Source of the DNA: Hypanus sabinus
Taxonomy: Eukaryota
Reading direction: 5' to 3'
Assembly (NCBI RefSeq): GCF_030144855.1
Contig: NC_082723.1
Location: 54,684,001-54,748,000 of the forward strand
DNA length: 64,000 nucleotides
The notes under the pieces were generated by a model, which saw nothing but the letters and a program-made list of their open reading frames with translations, was not told where the DNA came from and did no database searches. Below are positions 1-13,426 of this stretch, piece after piece. A program made the position numbers and the translations under genes. Position 1 is the stretch's first letter, and each line of letters starts with the position of its first letter.

Positions 1-1432
1 TAACGGATCCGATATTCTCCTGACCTTATAATTTCTCTAAGCCTCAGTCTCCAATCTAATGATCTCCCTCTACAACAATTAAGCAAAGCCCCTGATGATG
101 ATCACAAACAACCTTATCCACACTCCTCTAAGCCCTTCAACTCTCAGGGTCAGGATCAGCTCTGATCCTCGGCAGATCCTGTGCTTGATCGTCACAACCA
201 GTAACCACTTACTCAGGTCACACTTCATAGCTGCGGTCCCCTTCTCCTTCCTGGCTCAGACAGATTTCTGATCCTTTTCCCTCCTCTGCACCCACACCTC
301 CCCCCCCAATCCATCTTCTTCAGCACAACAAGCCACTTAGGCCTTTGCCCAGTGACCACCACAATCCCTGAATTTACCTTCATGTCAGCTGCTGATTTTC
401 TTAGGTTTAAAAAGAGGCAATAATTCCAAGCCTCTGATCCCAAACCAATGGAAACTTACAGTAGGAAGGCACGATTGAAACAGTTGTTGCCACCTCAGTG
501 CAACATCTATATAACTCAAACTTTTGGGTGCACTGTGGTTTCTAGCTTGAGTCACATTAACAAATTAAGTTCGAACAAAATAAGTAACAGTCATAACCAA
601 GTGATCAATGTAAAGAAAAGAAAATGTGGCATCTTTCATAACCTTAGACTTCTTGCACTTTGTTGCTTTTTTTTATTTTGGAATGCACTAACAGTTCCAG
701 TGCATGAAATGTAGCAGCCAACGCACACAACAAGCACCAGTGAGATGTACAGTTAAATAATGTATGTCGTTAACTACTTCTTTTGGATTTGGGTATTGAT
801 GGCAAATACAGGCTGGCTGATCCCTAAATGCCTTGAAAAGTTGGTGGTGAGCCACCTCCTTGAACCTCTGCAGTCTTACTGGTGAAGATGTTCTCACAGA
901 GCTGTTCAGTGGGATACAGATGCTAGCAATGACTAACCCCACGCAGACTAGCAAAACATTTCCAGATCAGGATGGGGAATGATGTGGAGGGAACCTTGCA
1001 GGTAGTCATACTCCCAAGCACTTACTGTCTTTGTCTTTCTTGACAGTAGACAGTGAAGATTTGTAGGTGCAGCTGGAACGCATTTCATTTTATAGATGGT
1101 GCCGTGCACTGATGGTAGAGGGGATGAATATTTAGGGTGGTGGGATACCCAGTTTGGGTTGGTTTGTCCTGAAGCAGAGGTTATTCATTCCATCATGCCC
1201 CCAGTTTGTGCCTAGTAGATGCTGAAAGGACCTTGTGGTGTCAGAGGTAGAAATAACCCGCTTTTTAAACCAGTCCATGGGATCTTTTACAGTCCTCTGA
1301 GAGGGTACATGGTGAATCGATTTAACAGGCCATCTGAAATACCGGTTGTTTTTCTGCATTGTATTTGTAAGTATTGGGTGGTGGTGGGGTTGTGGGAGGT
1401 GGAACACAGCAAACATTTTTAATCAGCCCTAC

Positions 1433-1533
1433 CAGATTCCTGGAAATAGCAGATTTCAGTAGACAGATTCCAGTTTCCACATCCCAGGTACACATGGAGT
1501 TATCTCGAGATCCTGTACACAGTTGCAAGCCAC
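1433..1533 (-). CDS. WDR31: WDR31 coding exon 5 ([34 protein letters not shown]); gene continues beyond the left edge
   Basis: Matches human [40 protein letters not shown] acceptor, CTG|GTAGGG donor. Confidence 0.93.
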
Positions 1534-2538
1534 CTGGAAAGAGATGGAAAATACAATAATATTCAAAAAAAAGGCAGTTTTGCACCATAATCAATCAGTT
1601 TCATAATGGAAGTCCCAAGAAGGTGCAATGCCTTCTTGAATGTGGTCCCAAAAAAGAGTCAGGAAAGAAGAGACTGAACATCTGTTAACAAAATACTAAT
1701 TAGAGCTCACAGAAAAAAAAGGCATTCTTCTCTTCTTGTCCTTTTCACTGCTTCGTGTCCATTCTGTAATCTTCCTCTCAGTTTCTCCTTTTCTTCCTGC
1801 TTATCAATTTTTAAAAATTATCATATAGACATCACTTTTTCCTTAAATATCCTTTAGATATTTTTCACTTGTCTCACCCGGTGAGCCTCTCACTTTGTCA
1901 TCATTACTCAACTTGCCTGAAAACATACAATTTAGAAGGACTAGATTATTTGGCCTCCTACATTTGTTCTGCCATTTATTAAGATCTTGGCTGTTGTAAT
2001 TATAACTTCAACTCTGCATTGTCTCCATCCACATAATGTTTTATCCCTTGGCTTATCAAGTATAAATCTGCTCCTGTGTAAAGAGTACTCTAAGAGTCTG
2101 CTTTCCACCATCCTCTGAAGTGAGTTTCAGAGACTCATAACCCCTGAGATAAAATAATTTAATTCCATTCCCTTTTTACACGGGTGATCCTTCAGTTTAA
2201 AATAGTGACTCCCCTTTGTTTTAGATTCGCCCCAGAGGAAATACCCTGCCATATCCATTCTGACCCAGGCATTAAATTTGTGAATCTTTTTTGAATTGTT
2301 TCTTACACCTTAACATCTTTCCTTAAATAAGTAGAATACTGGACACAGTGCTCCAGGTATAGTTTCACCTATACCTTATCTAACTGAAGCCTAATCTGCT
2401 TATCTTTGTATTCAACCCCATTTTGAATTTTCTCCTGACCCTCAATCTACCCTATTCAAATATACAATGGCAATGCACTCAACAACAAAATAAAAAAACT
2501 AAGGTGTTACAGAGAACAATAGCTTCCAATATCCAAAC

Positions 2539-2683
2539 CTGGGCTCACAGCTAGGCCTGATACCCCCAGTGCATGGCCAGTAAACTCCTGCAGTGGTCCA
2601 GCTTTACAATCCACATCCCACATCAGGGCAGTTTTATCACGTGAAGCACTGAAGATTCTATTTGACTGAAAGTTGCAGGTTAC
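2539..2683 (-). CDS. WDR31: WDR31 coding exon 4 (VTCNFQSNRIFSASRDKTALMWDVDCKAGPLQEFTGHALGVSGLAVSP)
   Basis: WD40 repeat (SASRD..WD, GH). TTGCAG acceptor, G|GTTTGG donor, 145 nt. Confidence 0.93.
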
Positions 2684-4469
2684 CTGCAACGAAATGAGAT
2701 GAGAGGTATAATTTAAAATAACCACATTCAATTCAAGTTTAATGTCATTCAACCATACCTGAATACTCACGAACACAGCCAAACGAGACAACACTATTCC
2801 AGGTCCAAGGTGCAAAACATAGTACCTTTAGTCACAGAAAACACGATGCACAGATAGCACATACAGTATAAATTCAGAATGATACAGCCACTCAGTAAGA
2901 GTCCAAACTCAAGCCACCCCTGGTGAAGTGCACTGGCTTTGACACCTCTCTCTGGCAGCTATAAACAGGCAACATTGTGGCTTTAGGCCTTGAATCCATT
3001 TAATGATGCCGAAGTTTGCAGTTGACTACAGCAGAGCTAGTTGTCTGTTCAGCAAACATTGGGGTGGGGCGGGGGCAACAACTCCAGCCTGGACGCTGCA
3101 CTACACCGCCCCTGGCAGCTGCAAACAGGCAACACCATGGCTTGAGGCCCGCTCCTCACTATGAACAAGGCCACATGGCTCCCACGCAATCCACCCCTGC
3201 TCTCACCAATAAACCGGTAAATTGGACTTGCAGCATTCCACATTAACAATGTTCAAAAGGGCCTTGTGATCACAAGAAAAGCAAACAAGATGGTCACTCG
3301 CTAGTAGACTGTGAGTGTCCTTTGACTCAGACAGCAGCACGCTGCGCAGCTCCTTCATTTTCTCCATCAGGGAGCACCTTGCTGAAGGGGCAGACCTGTA
3401 GTACTTTAAGTTCTTGATGCATTGCAGGATTTTGCCATTATTAAAAATATGTTTAAAAAAAAGTAGCACTTTTTGTTGACTCCACAGAAGCCGCTGTGAC
3501 CGAATGCACTGGTTATTTCAATGTAGGGTCGGATTTCAAACTACCACTGACCGTTTTGCACTCTCACCTACTTCACCCCTTAATCTCCTAGTAGACAGCT
3601 GGAAATAGCAGCTGACAAATTAGAAAACCTTGCACTATTTGGCAGCTTTATGCATGTCATATGCACATTCAACAAATGCAAAGACAAAGCACATGCATTA
3701 AATTGGACCAGATGATCTTCCCACACATCAGCTTCATCACACAGCCCAATAAAACTGCTCAAAATCTTAAAACTAGATGCCTATGAAAATTAATCTAGTC
3801 CAAGTTACTTACTTAAAGGTGATATTGGGGATCCATTATGGCTTTTGATTTCAAATGGGCAAAATAGGAAATAGAAATGAAAACAGGGAGAAATGTAGAG
3901 AGGCTGGCTGAAATTCAATTGCCCCAAATCAAACAGTCTTATCACTAATATTAATCTTCAAACCAGGGGTTTTGGTGACAATCTAATAAGGTGGCTGGAC
4001 TTGAGCAGTTTGAGCTTTAAGTATGCATACTTATGGGACATGACCAAAGTTTCTAACCTTCTATATCCTCCCCCATCCATTTTTGTTAAGAAAAGATGTG
4101 TGTACATTCCCTGCATAGTTATAAAGAATGTAACACTCTAAGTTTCATTGCCAAGGCTACTGTAATGGATTTTATGTAATGTTCCACTGCTAAGGTAATG
4201 GTTTCTCTGTAGCAGCAATGTTTTTGTTATGACTAGAGATAATGGGGCTTTGGAATGCAGAGGCTATCCAACGAGAGAAATGTTGTTCTTTCTTGTGAGT
4301 CTGTGAGTTGTGAAGAAAGATTTTCATGGTCTTTCGTCGGGGGAGCAAAGGTGAGAGAGGACGCGAATGGAGAGAGCCAGAAAACCACCAGAGTGGACTG
4401 AGGAGCGAGGGGCCAAGGGCTGGCTACGCTTGGAGGTCGACGGGAACAAATTAACAAATGGTGAGCTCC

Positions 4470-5690
4470 AACAATGCGCAATGGACTGTTCTATGAGAAT
4501 AGGCCCTTTTCTTCCGACGTCTACTACAAACCTACAGACTCTCACAGCTACCTAGACTATTCCTCCTCCCACCCTGTCTCCTGCAAAAATACTATCCCTT
4601 TCTCTCAATTCCTCCGCCTGTGCCGCATCTGCTCTCAGGATGAGGCCTTTCATTCTAGGACAAAGGAGATGTCCTCCTTTTTTTAAAGAAAGGGGCTTCC
4701 CTTCGTCCACTATCAACTCTGCCCTCCATCACATCTCCCATATTTCATGCACCTCTACCCTCACCCCATCCCACCAGCCCAACAGGGATACAGTCCCCTG
4801 AGTCCTCACCTATCACCCTACCAGCCTACAGATCCAACATATAATCCTCAGTAACTTCTGCCACCTCCTACAGGATCCCACCACCAGACACATCTTCCCC
4901 TCCCCCCCACTCTCGGCTTTCCGCAGGGATCGCTTCCTACGCGACTCCCTTGTCCATTCATCCCCCCCCATCCCTCCCCACCGACCTCCCTCCAGGCACT
5001 TATCCCGGCAAACGGAAAAAGTGCTACACCTGCCCCCACACTTCTTCCCTCACCACCATCCTAGGCCCCAGACAGTCCTTTCAGGTGAGGCACCACTTCA
5101 CCTGCGAGTCAGCTGGGGTGACATACTGTTTCCGGTGCACCCGATGTGGCCATTTATACATTGGGGAGACCCGCCGCAGACTGGGAGACCGTTTCGCCGA
5201 ACACCGGGGCTCAGTCCTCCCTGTGGCCACACACTTCAATTCCACAGACCACTCCCACTCCGATATGTCTGTCCATGGCCTCCTCTACTGTCAAGATGAG
5301 GCCACACCTTATCTCCCGCCTAGGTTGCCTCCTACCTGCCGGCATGAACATTTAACTCACAGACCTCCGTTGAACATTCAATTCACAGACCCTCCCTTAC
5401 CCCATCCGTATCTATAATTTTAGTCTGGTTCTCTTTCTCTTTCTCCCCCCTCACTATAATCTCCCCACAGCCCTACCTTTCTTTTTATTTCCCATAATTC
5501 TCCAACTTCCCCCAGCCCATTTCCCAGCTCTCTACTTCATCCCCCCCCCCACTTCTTATCCCCTCTCAACCATCCCATGTTACTTCACTCCTGATGAAGG
5601 GTTTTGGCCCGAAACGTCGTCACTACCTCCTCCCATAGATGCTGTCTGGCCTGCTGAATTCTGCCAGCATTTTGTGTTTTTATTTTCTTT
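4470..5690 (+). mobile_element. Penelope-like element (PLE), 5'-truncated and frameshifted: RT thumb + GIY-YIG endonuclease + 3' tail
   Basis: DVYYKPTDSHSYLDYSSSHP..CKNTIPFSQFLRL (PLE RT C-terminus); KCYTC...VTYCFRCTRCGHLYIGETRRRLGDRFAEH (GIY-YIG). Confidence 0.9.
5586..5623 (+). ncRNA. Minimal hammerhead ribozyme motif in the PLE 3' tail (core intact, stem I weak)
   Basis: CTGATGA-A-GGGTTTTGGCCC-GAAAC-GTC. Confidence 0.7.
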
Positions 5691-6131
5691 TTTTTTGTTT
5701 CTTTACTAACCATATAGTCAAATTAAGAATTATAAAGATCAATTGTTTAATTGCATATTGTATACTGTTTGATATCTTGCGGTTCAGATTTGTAACCGGG
5801 CAACACATCATGCAGCATCCACACAAACGAGATTTCTCAGTTTGGCGGAGCCAGAAGTTGTTTTCCCCTAGAAGAACACGTGCTGGCCGAGCCTGAGGGT
5901 TACAAGAAGAATTACACGTTTTCATAAAGGCAGGAGAAAGCTACAGGTCAGCTCACAGGCCTGTGCAATTTCTCATGTCATTTCATAGTCATGAAAAGAT
6001 CCACTAAAGCAGAAAGCAGGAGTGAAATCATGGATTCTATTCAATTGAAAATTTGTATAAGAAACAAAACACACACATTTAAAACACATAATAAGATGAG
6101 TAGGGGAGAATGTAGAGGGTTGTAAACATTA

Positions 6132-7123
6132 CAGTTGGCCCTTCTTATCCGCGAATTCCACAAGCGCGAATTCAACCAACCGCAAATCGCGAAAACCCGG
6201 AAGTGCTCTTCCAGCACTNNNNNNNNNNNNNNNNNNNNNNNNNNNNNNNNNNNNNNNNNNNNNNNNNNNNNNNNNNNNNNNNNNNNNNNNNNNNNNNNNN
6301 NNNNNNNNNNNNNNNNNNNNNNNNNNNNNNNNNNNNNNNNNNNNNNNNNNNNNNNNNNNNNNNNNNNNNNNNNNNNTCGGGATCAAAAACAATCAGAAGT
6401 TCTCTTACTAAGTAAGTCAGAACAGGTACATCCAGTATTATTTAGTGTCAGTTAGTCAAACGTTTGTCTTATATAGTATATATATTATATATAATATATA
6501 TATTATATAGTATATGTGTTATATATTATATATATCTTATATATTATATAGTATATATTTTACCTTTCTATGCATATAAAACACTTAAAAATGTATGTTT
6601 CAGCACCGGGCTCAGGAACAGAAGTTCCTGAGTTTGATCCAGTGACAGATCGCTCCCGAGTGCGCTCTCCACCATGCCAGGTTGATGTGGAGGATCAAAA
6701 ACACAAAACCCGAAAACCCAATAATTAAACTACTACGTTGCTTAGTAATAATTGTAGCTTCCATTGGAGCACAGCCTTTCTCACTTTATCCTTTAAAATT
6801 GCTCCGATTGTTGACTGATGTAGCCTAACACTTTTCCAATGACCGATGGCGTTTCACCTCTTTCTGATCGCTTTATTATTTCCACTTTATTTTCAATCAC
6901 GATCATGATTATTTTCGTGAACAGAAACATTGCGGATTCAGATGTCTACCGCCGGGTCCTAATGTCCACCACACTGCGACAGGTTGAATAAGGTCTGGAG
7001 TTCTGCTGGGTCCTAAGGTCCATCGCATTGAGACAGGCTGAATAAGGGACTTGAGCATCTGCGAATTTTGGTATCCGTGAGGGGTCCCAGAACCAATCCC
7101 TCGCATATTAGGAGGGCCAACTG
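6132..7123. mobile_element. Non-autonomous Tigger/pogo-like DNA transposon (contains an assembly gap and an AT-rich repeat)
   Basis: TIRs CAGTTGGCCCT(T/C)CT..T / AGGAGGGCCAACTG with TA on both sides. Confidence 0.85.
6219..6376. other. Assembly gap (N run)
   Basis: Run of N. Confidence 1.
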
Positions 7124-7320
7124 TACTTTTTTTCAACATGGATATCACTGTTTATAAATAGTAATTGATTTGAAGAAACTAGAAGATTAGTGAGGCCATA
7201 GTTGATGACTATCCTTGGAAATATAGTAATACTGCTCTTTAGATTACTTATAACAACTTTTAGAACTGGCAGTATTTTTGTGACAAGTACTTCAGTTTAA
7301 GACTGCACCACAGAATTGTA

Positions 7321-7950
7321 GATAGATATACAAGTTATTAATCCCAAAGGAAGTTACAGTGTCACAGTAGCATTACAAGTGTACAGATATAAATATTAGA
7401 AGAGAAGTAGAAAGAGTAAAAAATAAGTTGCCCTAAACAGTTCAACAGGAGAGGGCCATCACTTCCCCAGCTATAGGTTGACTTATTACAGAGTCTAATG
7501 GCTGAGGGTAAGAATGACCTCATATAGCACTCTTTGGAGCAGTGAAGTTGTCTTAGTCTATTACTAAAAGTGTTCCTCTGTTCAACCAAGGTGGCATGCA
7601 GAAGGTGAAAAACATTGTCCAGAATTGCCAGGATATTCCGTGGGGTTCTTTGTTCTACCACAGCCTCCAGTGTGTCCAGTTTAACTCCTATAACAGAGCC
7701 AGCCTTTCTAATCAGTTTACTGAGCCTGTTGGCATCACCCGTGTTGATGCCATTGTCCCAGGACTCCACCGCATAGAAGATTGTACTGGCAACAACAGAC
7801 TGGTAGAACATGTGAAGGAGAGGCCTGCATACTCCAAAGGACCTCAGCCTCCTCAGGAAATAGAGGTGACTCTGGCCCTTTTTGTACATAGCCTCTTTGT
7901 TGGTGCTCCACTCAAGTTTGTCATCCAGGTGCAGCCCTCAGGTACTTGTA
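7321..7950 (-). mobile_element. Rex1/Babar-type LINE, 3' end
   Basis: KKGQSHLYFLRRLRSFGV...FYQSVVASTIFYAV...RSFLPSAIRL; short (TATC) tail. Confidence 0.8.
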
Positions 7951-8186
7951 GATTCACACCACATCCACGTGGTGTGCCTATTAAAATGGATTACCCTCCA
8001 TGATTTGAGTTTAAACTTAACACACCTATTTAAGATCCATACTTCAGAACAAAAATCATTACAAAAGGACTATGTTATTCTATTACAAATGTGTATCTTA
8101 ATCTCTAGGATTTAAAACTTGACCTCAGAAAATGTAGTCCATGATATACCTCCACTTCTCCTCTTATGCATCTTGACTGGTAAATA

Positions 8187-8729
8187 CACTCACTGGCCAC
8201 TTTATTAGGTACCCCCTGAAGTGACCACTGAATATATGCGAGTGGTCTTTGCTATTGTAACCCATCCACTTCATGGTTTGATGTGTTGTGCATTCAGAGA
8301 TGCTCTTCTGCACACCACTGTTGTAACACAGTTATTTTGAGTTACTATTGCCTTCCTGTCATCTTGGACCAGTCTGGCCATTCTCCTCTGACCTCTCTCA
8401 TTAACAAGGCATTTTTGCCCACAGAACTGCCACTTACTCGTTTTCTTCTTGCTTTCTCTGTAAATTCTAGAGACCTTTATGGGTGAAAATCCAAGGAGAT
8501 CAGCAGTTTCTGAAATACTCAAATCGCCCTTTTAGGCACTAACCATCATTTCACAGTTAAAGCCACTTAGATCACATTTCTTTCCTATTCTGATGTTTGG
8601 TCTGAACAACTTAATATCTTGATCATGCCTGCTTGTGTTTATGCATTGAGTTGCTGCCACATTGATTGGCTGATTAGATATTTGCATCAAGGAGCAGGTG
8701 TACAGGTGTAATGTATAAAGTGGCCACTG
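8187..8729 (-). mobile_element. Internally deleted Tc1/mariner element
   Basis: TIR CACTCACTGGCCACTTTATT / ATAAAGTGGCCACTG; degenerate transposase HTH SISETADLLGFS...VNERGQRRMARLVQ. Confidence 0.85.
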
Positions 8730-8736
8730 TCCTTAC

Positions 8737-8811
8737 CTTGGTGACAGCATGTTCATGGCCCACAAATTTCTGCTGCACGCCACCAGATTTCCAGTTATAT
8801 ACGACTACAAT
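8737..8811 (-). CDS. WDR31: WDR31 coding exon 3 (IVVVYNWKSGGVQQKFVGHEHAVTK)
   Basis: Not in the ORF track; translated by hand. Matches human [25 protein letters not shown]. 75 nt, CCTTGTAG acceptor, AAG|GTAAGG donor. Confidence 0.93.
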
Positions 8812-9245
8812 CTACAAGGCAAGGAAATGAGACCTATGTGATTCCAGTACTGAGTTAAATTGGTACATAAATATTTGCAAGAATTTACATATAGACTGTA
8901 GATGCCATAACAGCAACCTATTTTGAATAACCATGTCAAATAGTAAATAAGGTGGAATTTATACTTCAGGACGAATTGACATTACAACACACACAGTACA
9001 CTAGCTGTACTACCCTTCATAAATTAGAAAGAATACTACAGTAAGACACAAAACTGGAGAGATGGGAGAAAGAGGTGCATTATGACAGTATGGGTATGTA
9101 TGTGTGTGTGTACATATACATGCACACACATGGATGTATATATTAGATTTAATATCATAAAGCTCTTTTGTACTACACATTGAGGTAAAGTCCCTCTCAA
9201 ACACCTTCCTTCCATTTTTACTCTTTCAGAAGGTAAAAATCTCAC

Positions 9246-9375
9246 CTTGTCATTTCCACCGGACACACATCGTTCACTTGAGAGGGAGGCTAGTGATGTC
9301 ACAGCATCAGTGTGTGCAGGACTGTATTGCTGCAGGGTTCGAGTGGTGGAATAGCAGTTCTCACCTCTACCAATC
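9246..9375 (-). CDS. WDR31: WDR31 coding exon 2 (IGRGENCYSTTRTLQQYSPAHTDAVTSLASLSSERCVSGGNDK)
   Basis: Matches human [29 protein letters not shown]. Acceptor TTCTTTCCAG, donor AAG|GTGAG; phase compatible with the previous exon. Confidence 0.93.
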
Positions 9376-9459
9376 CTGGAAAGAATAATCAAATTCAAAA
9401 CAAACTTCAACCTACCAGTGCTGAGGCTTTATAACGCAGACATTACAGTCTAAGAAACA

Positions 9460-9945
9460 ATGTGCCAGGAGGTTTACAAGAATGATCCCCAGAATGGAAG
9501 GGTTAATGTATGAGGATCATTTGGCGGATCCAGGCCTGTACTTGCTGTAAATTAGATGAATGAAGGGGGAAATGAAGAATCAAACCTACTGAGTATTGAA
9601 AGGGGGAATATGCAGAGGATGTTGCCAATAGTGGGAGAGCCTAAGACTAAAGGACACAACCTCAGAATAAGAGAACATCCCTTTAAAACAGCAATGAAGA
9701 GTAATTCCTTTAGCCAGGTGGTGGTGAATCTGTACAATACATTGTCACAGATGGCTGTGGAGGCCAAGTCATTGGGTATATTCAAAGCTGAGGTTAATAG
9801 GTTCTTAATTAGTACGACGTTAAAGGTTCTGGGGAGAAGGCAGGAGAATGGGGTTGAGAGGGCAATTAAATTAGCCATGTTTGAATGGTGGAGCAGACAC
9901 AATGGGTTGAATGGCCTAATTCTGCTCCAATGTTTTATGCTCTAA
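9460..9945 (+). mobile_element. CR1 LINE 3' fragment
   Basis: KTKGHNLRI...FSQVVVNLYNTL...GIFKAEVNRFL. Confidence 0.8.
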
Positions 9946-10475
9946 TAAATGAAAAGCAAAACAAAAATACTGAAGTCAGAAAGCTGAAATGAAACCAGGA
10001 GTCTCAGACATTATTTGTTAACTATGTCCTGTCCAAAGATTATGCCTGGCCAACTGAGTATTTCAGCATTTCCAGTTTTCAATGCCAGAGTAAGCCACAT
10101 GGATTAGAATTTAACCTCTACCCCCTTCATTGCTTTAAAAGTAAAATGACTACTTACAGTGCAAGGCTGCTGCAATTTTATTCACGAGTAGCTGTCAGAT
10201 CACAATGCATCACAGATTGATGTGATGCTACTTGTGTGAGTGTGAAAAGAGTTAACACATCACCTGCTGGCAGTTTCTGTGCCAGATGCTGGGGGGTGGC
10301 TTACTTACCATCAGCAATACAATAAGGAGAGACAACTTAGTAAATCTTTCCATCAGGAAGTCTTCTGTTATGCCTGCACATGGCAAAACAAAGAAATTGG
10401 TTCTACTGTGGCCTTTGCTAAAGCTATAGGGGAGTTTTGGGTCCTAGACATGCAATGCACAAGTCAACGGGCATA

Positions 10476-10818
10476 ATCACAAACAAGAGAAAATCTGCAG
10501 ATGCTGAAAATCCAAGCAACCCATAGAAAATGCTGGAGGAACTCAGCAGGCCAGGCAGCATCTACAGAAAAGAGTATAGTCTGACAACTCCTCCCTCGGA
10601 GTGTCAGACACTATGAGCCAATAGACTGGTCCTGGACTTATTTCCACTTGAAATAATTTACTAATTATTATTTAATTATTTATGGTTTTATATTGCTATA
10701 TTTCTACATTATTCTTGGTTGGTGCAACTGTAATGAAACCCAATTCCCCTCGGGATCAATAAAGTATGTCTGTCTGTTTGTCCGTCAATGTTTAAGGCCG
10801 AAACTCTTCATCAGTCCT
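10476..10818 (-). mobile_element. PLE-tail repeat (degenerate hammerhead) interrupted by an ~200-bp plus-strand LINE 3' end (10581-10782)
   Basis: Tail halves at 10476-10580 and 10783-10818; the insert ends AATAAA-GTAT(GTCT)n. Confidence 0.7.
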
Positions 10819-11060
10819 GTGGCACATATGAACCAAATCCTAGCATTGGACAAGAAGCTCTTTTTCCTTGTCTTGTGTTAACAAAAAGGCACACAGGTAC
10901 AGGGAGGAAACCCAAGGCAGTAAACTCAAAAAGTCTGAAGTAGAATCCAAACATGGATTAATGCCGTGAATGTGTTTTCATTAACTCTTGCAACAAAGTC
11001 GGTGTCAAAATCTGCATTCCTTTGGACCCTGCCACTGATATCAGTGGTGGAGGAAGGGTA

Positions 11061-12765
11061 ACCATATAACCATATAACAATCACAGCACAGAAACAGGCC
11101 ATCTCGGCCCTCCTAGTCCGTGCCGAACTCTTAATCTCACCTAGTCCCACCTACCCGCACTCAGCCCATAACCCTCCACTCCTTTCCTGTCCATATACCT
11201 ATCCAATTTTACCTTAAATGACACAACTGAACTGACCTCTCCTACTTCTACAGGAAGCTCATTCCACACAGCTATCACTCTCTGAGTAAAGAAATACCCC
11301 CTCGTGTTTCCCTTAAACTTCTGCCCCCTAACTCTCAAATCATGTCCTCTTGTTTGAATCTCCCCTACTGTCAATGGAAACAGCCTATTCACGTCAACTC
11401 TATCTATCCCTCTCAAAATTTTAAATACCTCGATCAAATCCCCCCTCAACCTTCTATGCTCCAATGAATAGAGACCTAACTTGTTCAACCTTTCTCTGTA
11501 ACTTAAGTGCTGAAACCCAGGTAACATCCTAGTAAATCGTCTCTGCACTCTCTCTAATTTATTGATATCTTTCCTATAATTCGGTGACCAGAACTGCACG
11601 CAATATTCCAAATTTGGCCTTACCAATGCCTTGTACAATTTTAACATTACATTCCAACTTCTGTACTCAATGCTTTGATTTATAAAGGCCAGCATTCCAA
11701 AAGCCTTCTTCACCACCCTATCTACATGAGACTCCACCTTCAGGGAACTATGCACTGTTATTCCTAGATCTCTCTGTTCCTCTGCATTCCTCAATGCCCT
11801 ACCATTTACCCTGTATGTTCTATTTGGATTATTCCTGCCAAAATGTAGAACCTTGCACTTCTCAGCATTAAACTCCATCTGCCAACGTTCAGCCCATTCT
11901 TCTAACCAGCATAAATCTCCCTGCAAGCTTTGAAAACCCACCTCATTATCCACAACACCTCCTACCTTAGTATCATCGGCATACTTACTAATCCAATTTA
12001 CCACCCCATCATCCAGATCATTTATGTATATTACAAACAACATTGGGCCCAAAACAGATCCCTGAGGCACCCCGCTAGTCACCGGCCTCCATCCCGATAA
12101 ACAATTATCCACCACTACTCTCTGGCATCTCCCATCTAGCCACTGTTGAATCCATTTTATTACTCCAGCATTAATACCTAACGACTGAACCTTCTTAACT
12201 AACCTTCCATGTGGAACTTTGTCAAAGGCTTTGCTGAAGTCCATATAGACTACATCCACTGCCTTACCTTCGTCAACATTCCTCGTAACTTCTTCAAAAA
12301 ATTCAATAAGGTTTGTCAAACATGACCTTCCACGCACAAATCCATGCTGGCTATTCCTAATCAGATCCTGTCTATCCAAATAATTAATACTATCTCTAAG
12401 AATACTTTCCATTAATTTACCCACCACTGATGTCAAACTGACAGGTCTATAATTGCTAGGCTTACTTCTAGGACCCTTTTAAAACAATTGAACCACATGA
12501 GCAATACGCCAATCCTCCGGCACAATCCCCGTTTCTAATGACATCTTAAAGATCTCCGTCAGAGCTCCTGCTATTTCTACACAAACTTCCCTCAAGGTCC
12601 CGGGGAATATCCTGTCAGGACCCGGAGATTTATCCACTTTTAAATTTCTTAAAAGCGCCAGTACTTCCACCTCTTTAATTGTCATAGGTTCCATAACTTC
12701 CTTCCTTGTTTCCCACACCTTACACAATTCAATATCCTTCTCCTTTGTGAATACCGAAGAGAAGA
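11061..12765 (-). mobile_element. Young 5'-truncated CR1 LINE with an open RT domain
   Basis: 431-aa ORF with QHGF, DFSKAFD, GVPQGSVLGP, YADD; one frameshift near 12480; tandem (TATGGTTA) 3' tail. Confidence 0.95.
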
Positions 12766-13191
12766 GAAGGTAATGGGACTCTAATGTATAAATAGCCAGA
12801 ACTTTCATATATTTTACCCAGGCTTGTGACATAAACATAAGACTACATTTTATTTGTAGAACATTAAAATAATACTTTAGAATGAGAATCAGATTTAATG
12901 TCATGAGCATATGCTATGAAATTTTTTTAACTTTATGGTAGCAGTACAATGCAATACATGATAAATATAAAAAAATTGAATTGCAGTGTGTATGTGTATA
13001 TACTAGTTAAATTAAGATAAGTAGTGCAAAAACAGAAATTAAAATAAAAAGAGTGAGGCAGTGTTCATGGGTTCAATGTCCATTCAGAACTTCGATGGCG
13101 GGGTGCAGGAAGAAGCTGTTCCTGAATTGCTGACTGCGTGCGTTCAGGCTTCTGTACCTCCTACCTGATGGCAACAATGAAAAGATGGGAT

Positions 13192-13426
13192 TGTAGCGGT
13201 GTGCTACATGCAGCGCTAAAATTACCACACGGAGTCGGTAACTGCGGTCGAAGGAAAAACTTTATTCGAAATCCTCAGCCTCACTTTTAAGCCTCCCTCA
13301 ACCTGCCCCCCGTGGCGCAGAGGCTCCAAAGCTCTGTGCTCGCAAACCCCCATAGGCTATCTCACTTAGCCGGAAAGCTGGCTAATTGTGAGCCGGTTCG
13401 GATGTGCCAGGAAATGGGTCACCACA
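13192..13426 (-). mobile_element. Solo LTR (235 bp)
   Basis: TGT...ACA ends; 4-bp TSD GGAT (13188-91 / 13427-30); minus-strand AATAAA at 13266-61. Nested in an older Rex1-like LINE remnant (about 12880-13600). Confidence 0.8.

Noticed and set aside
3203-3469. Coding-looking minus-strand ORF inside a WDR31 intron
   Set aside because: No recognisable homology, and the flanking WDR31 exons already join without it.
11141-12436. Autonomous active CR1
   Set aside because: It is 5'-truncated (no ORF1 or endonuclease) and frameshifted upstream of the RT.
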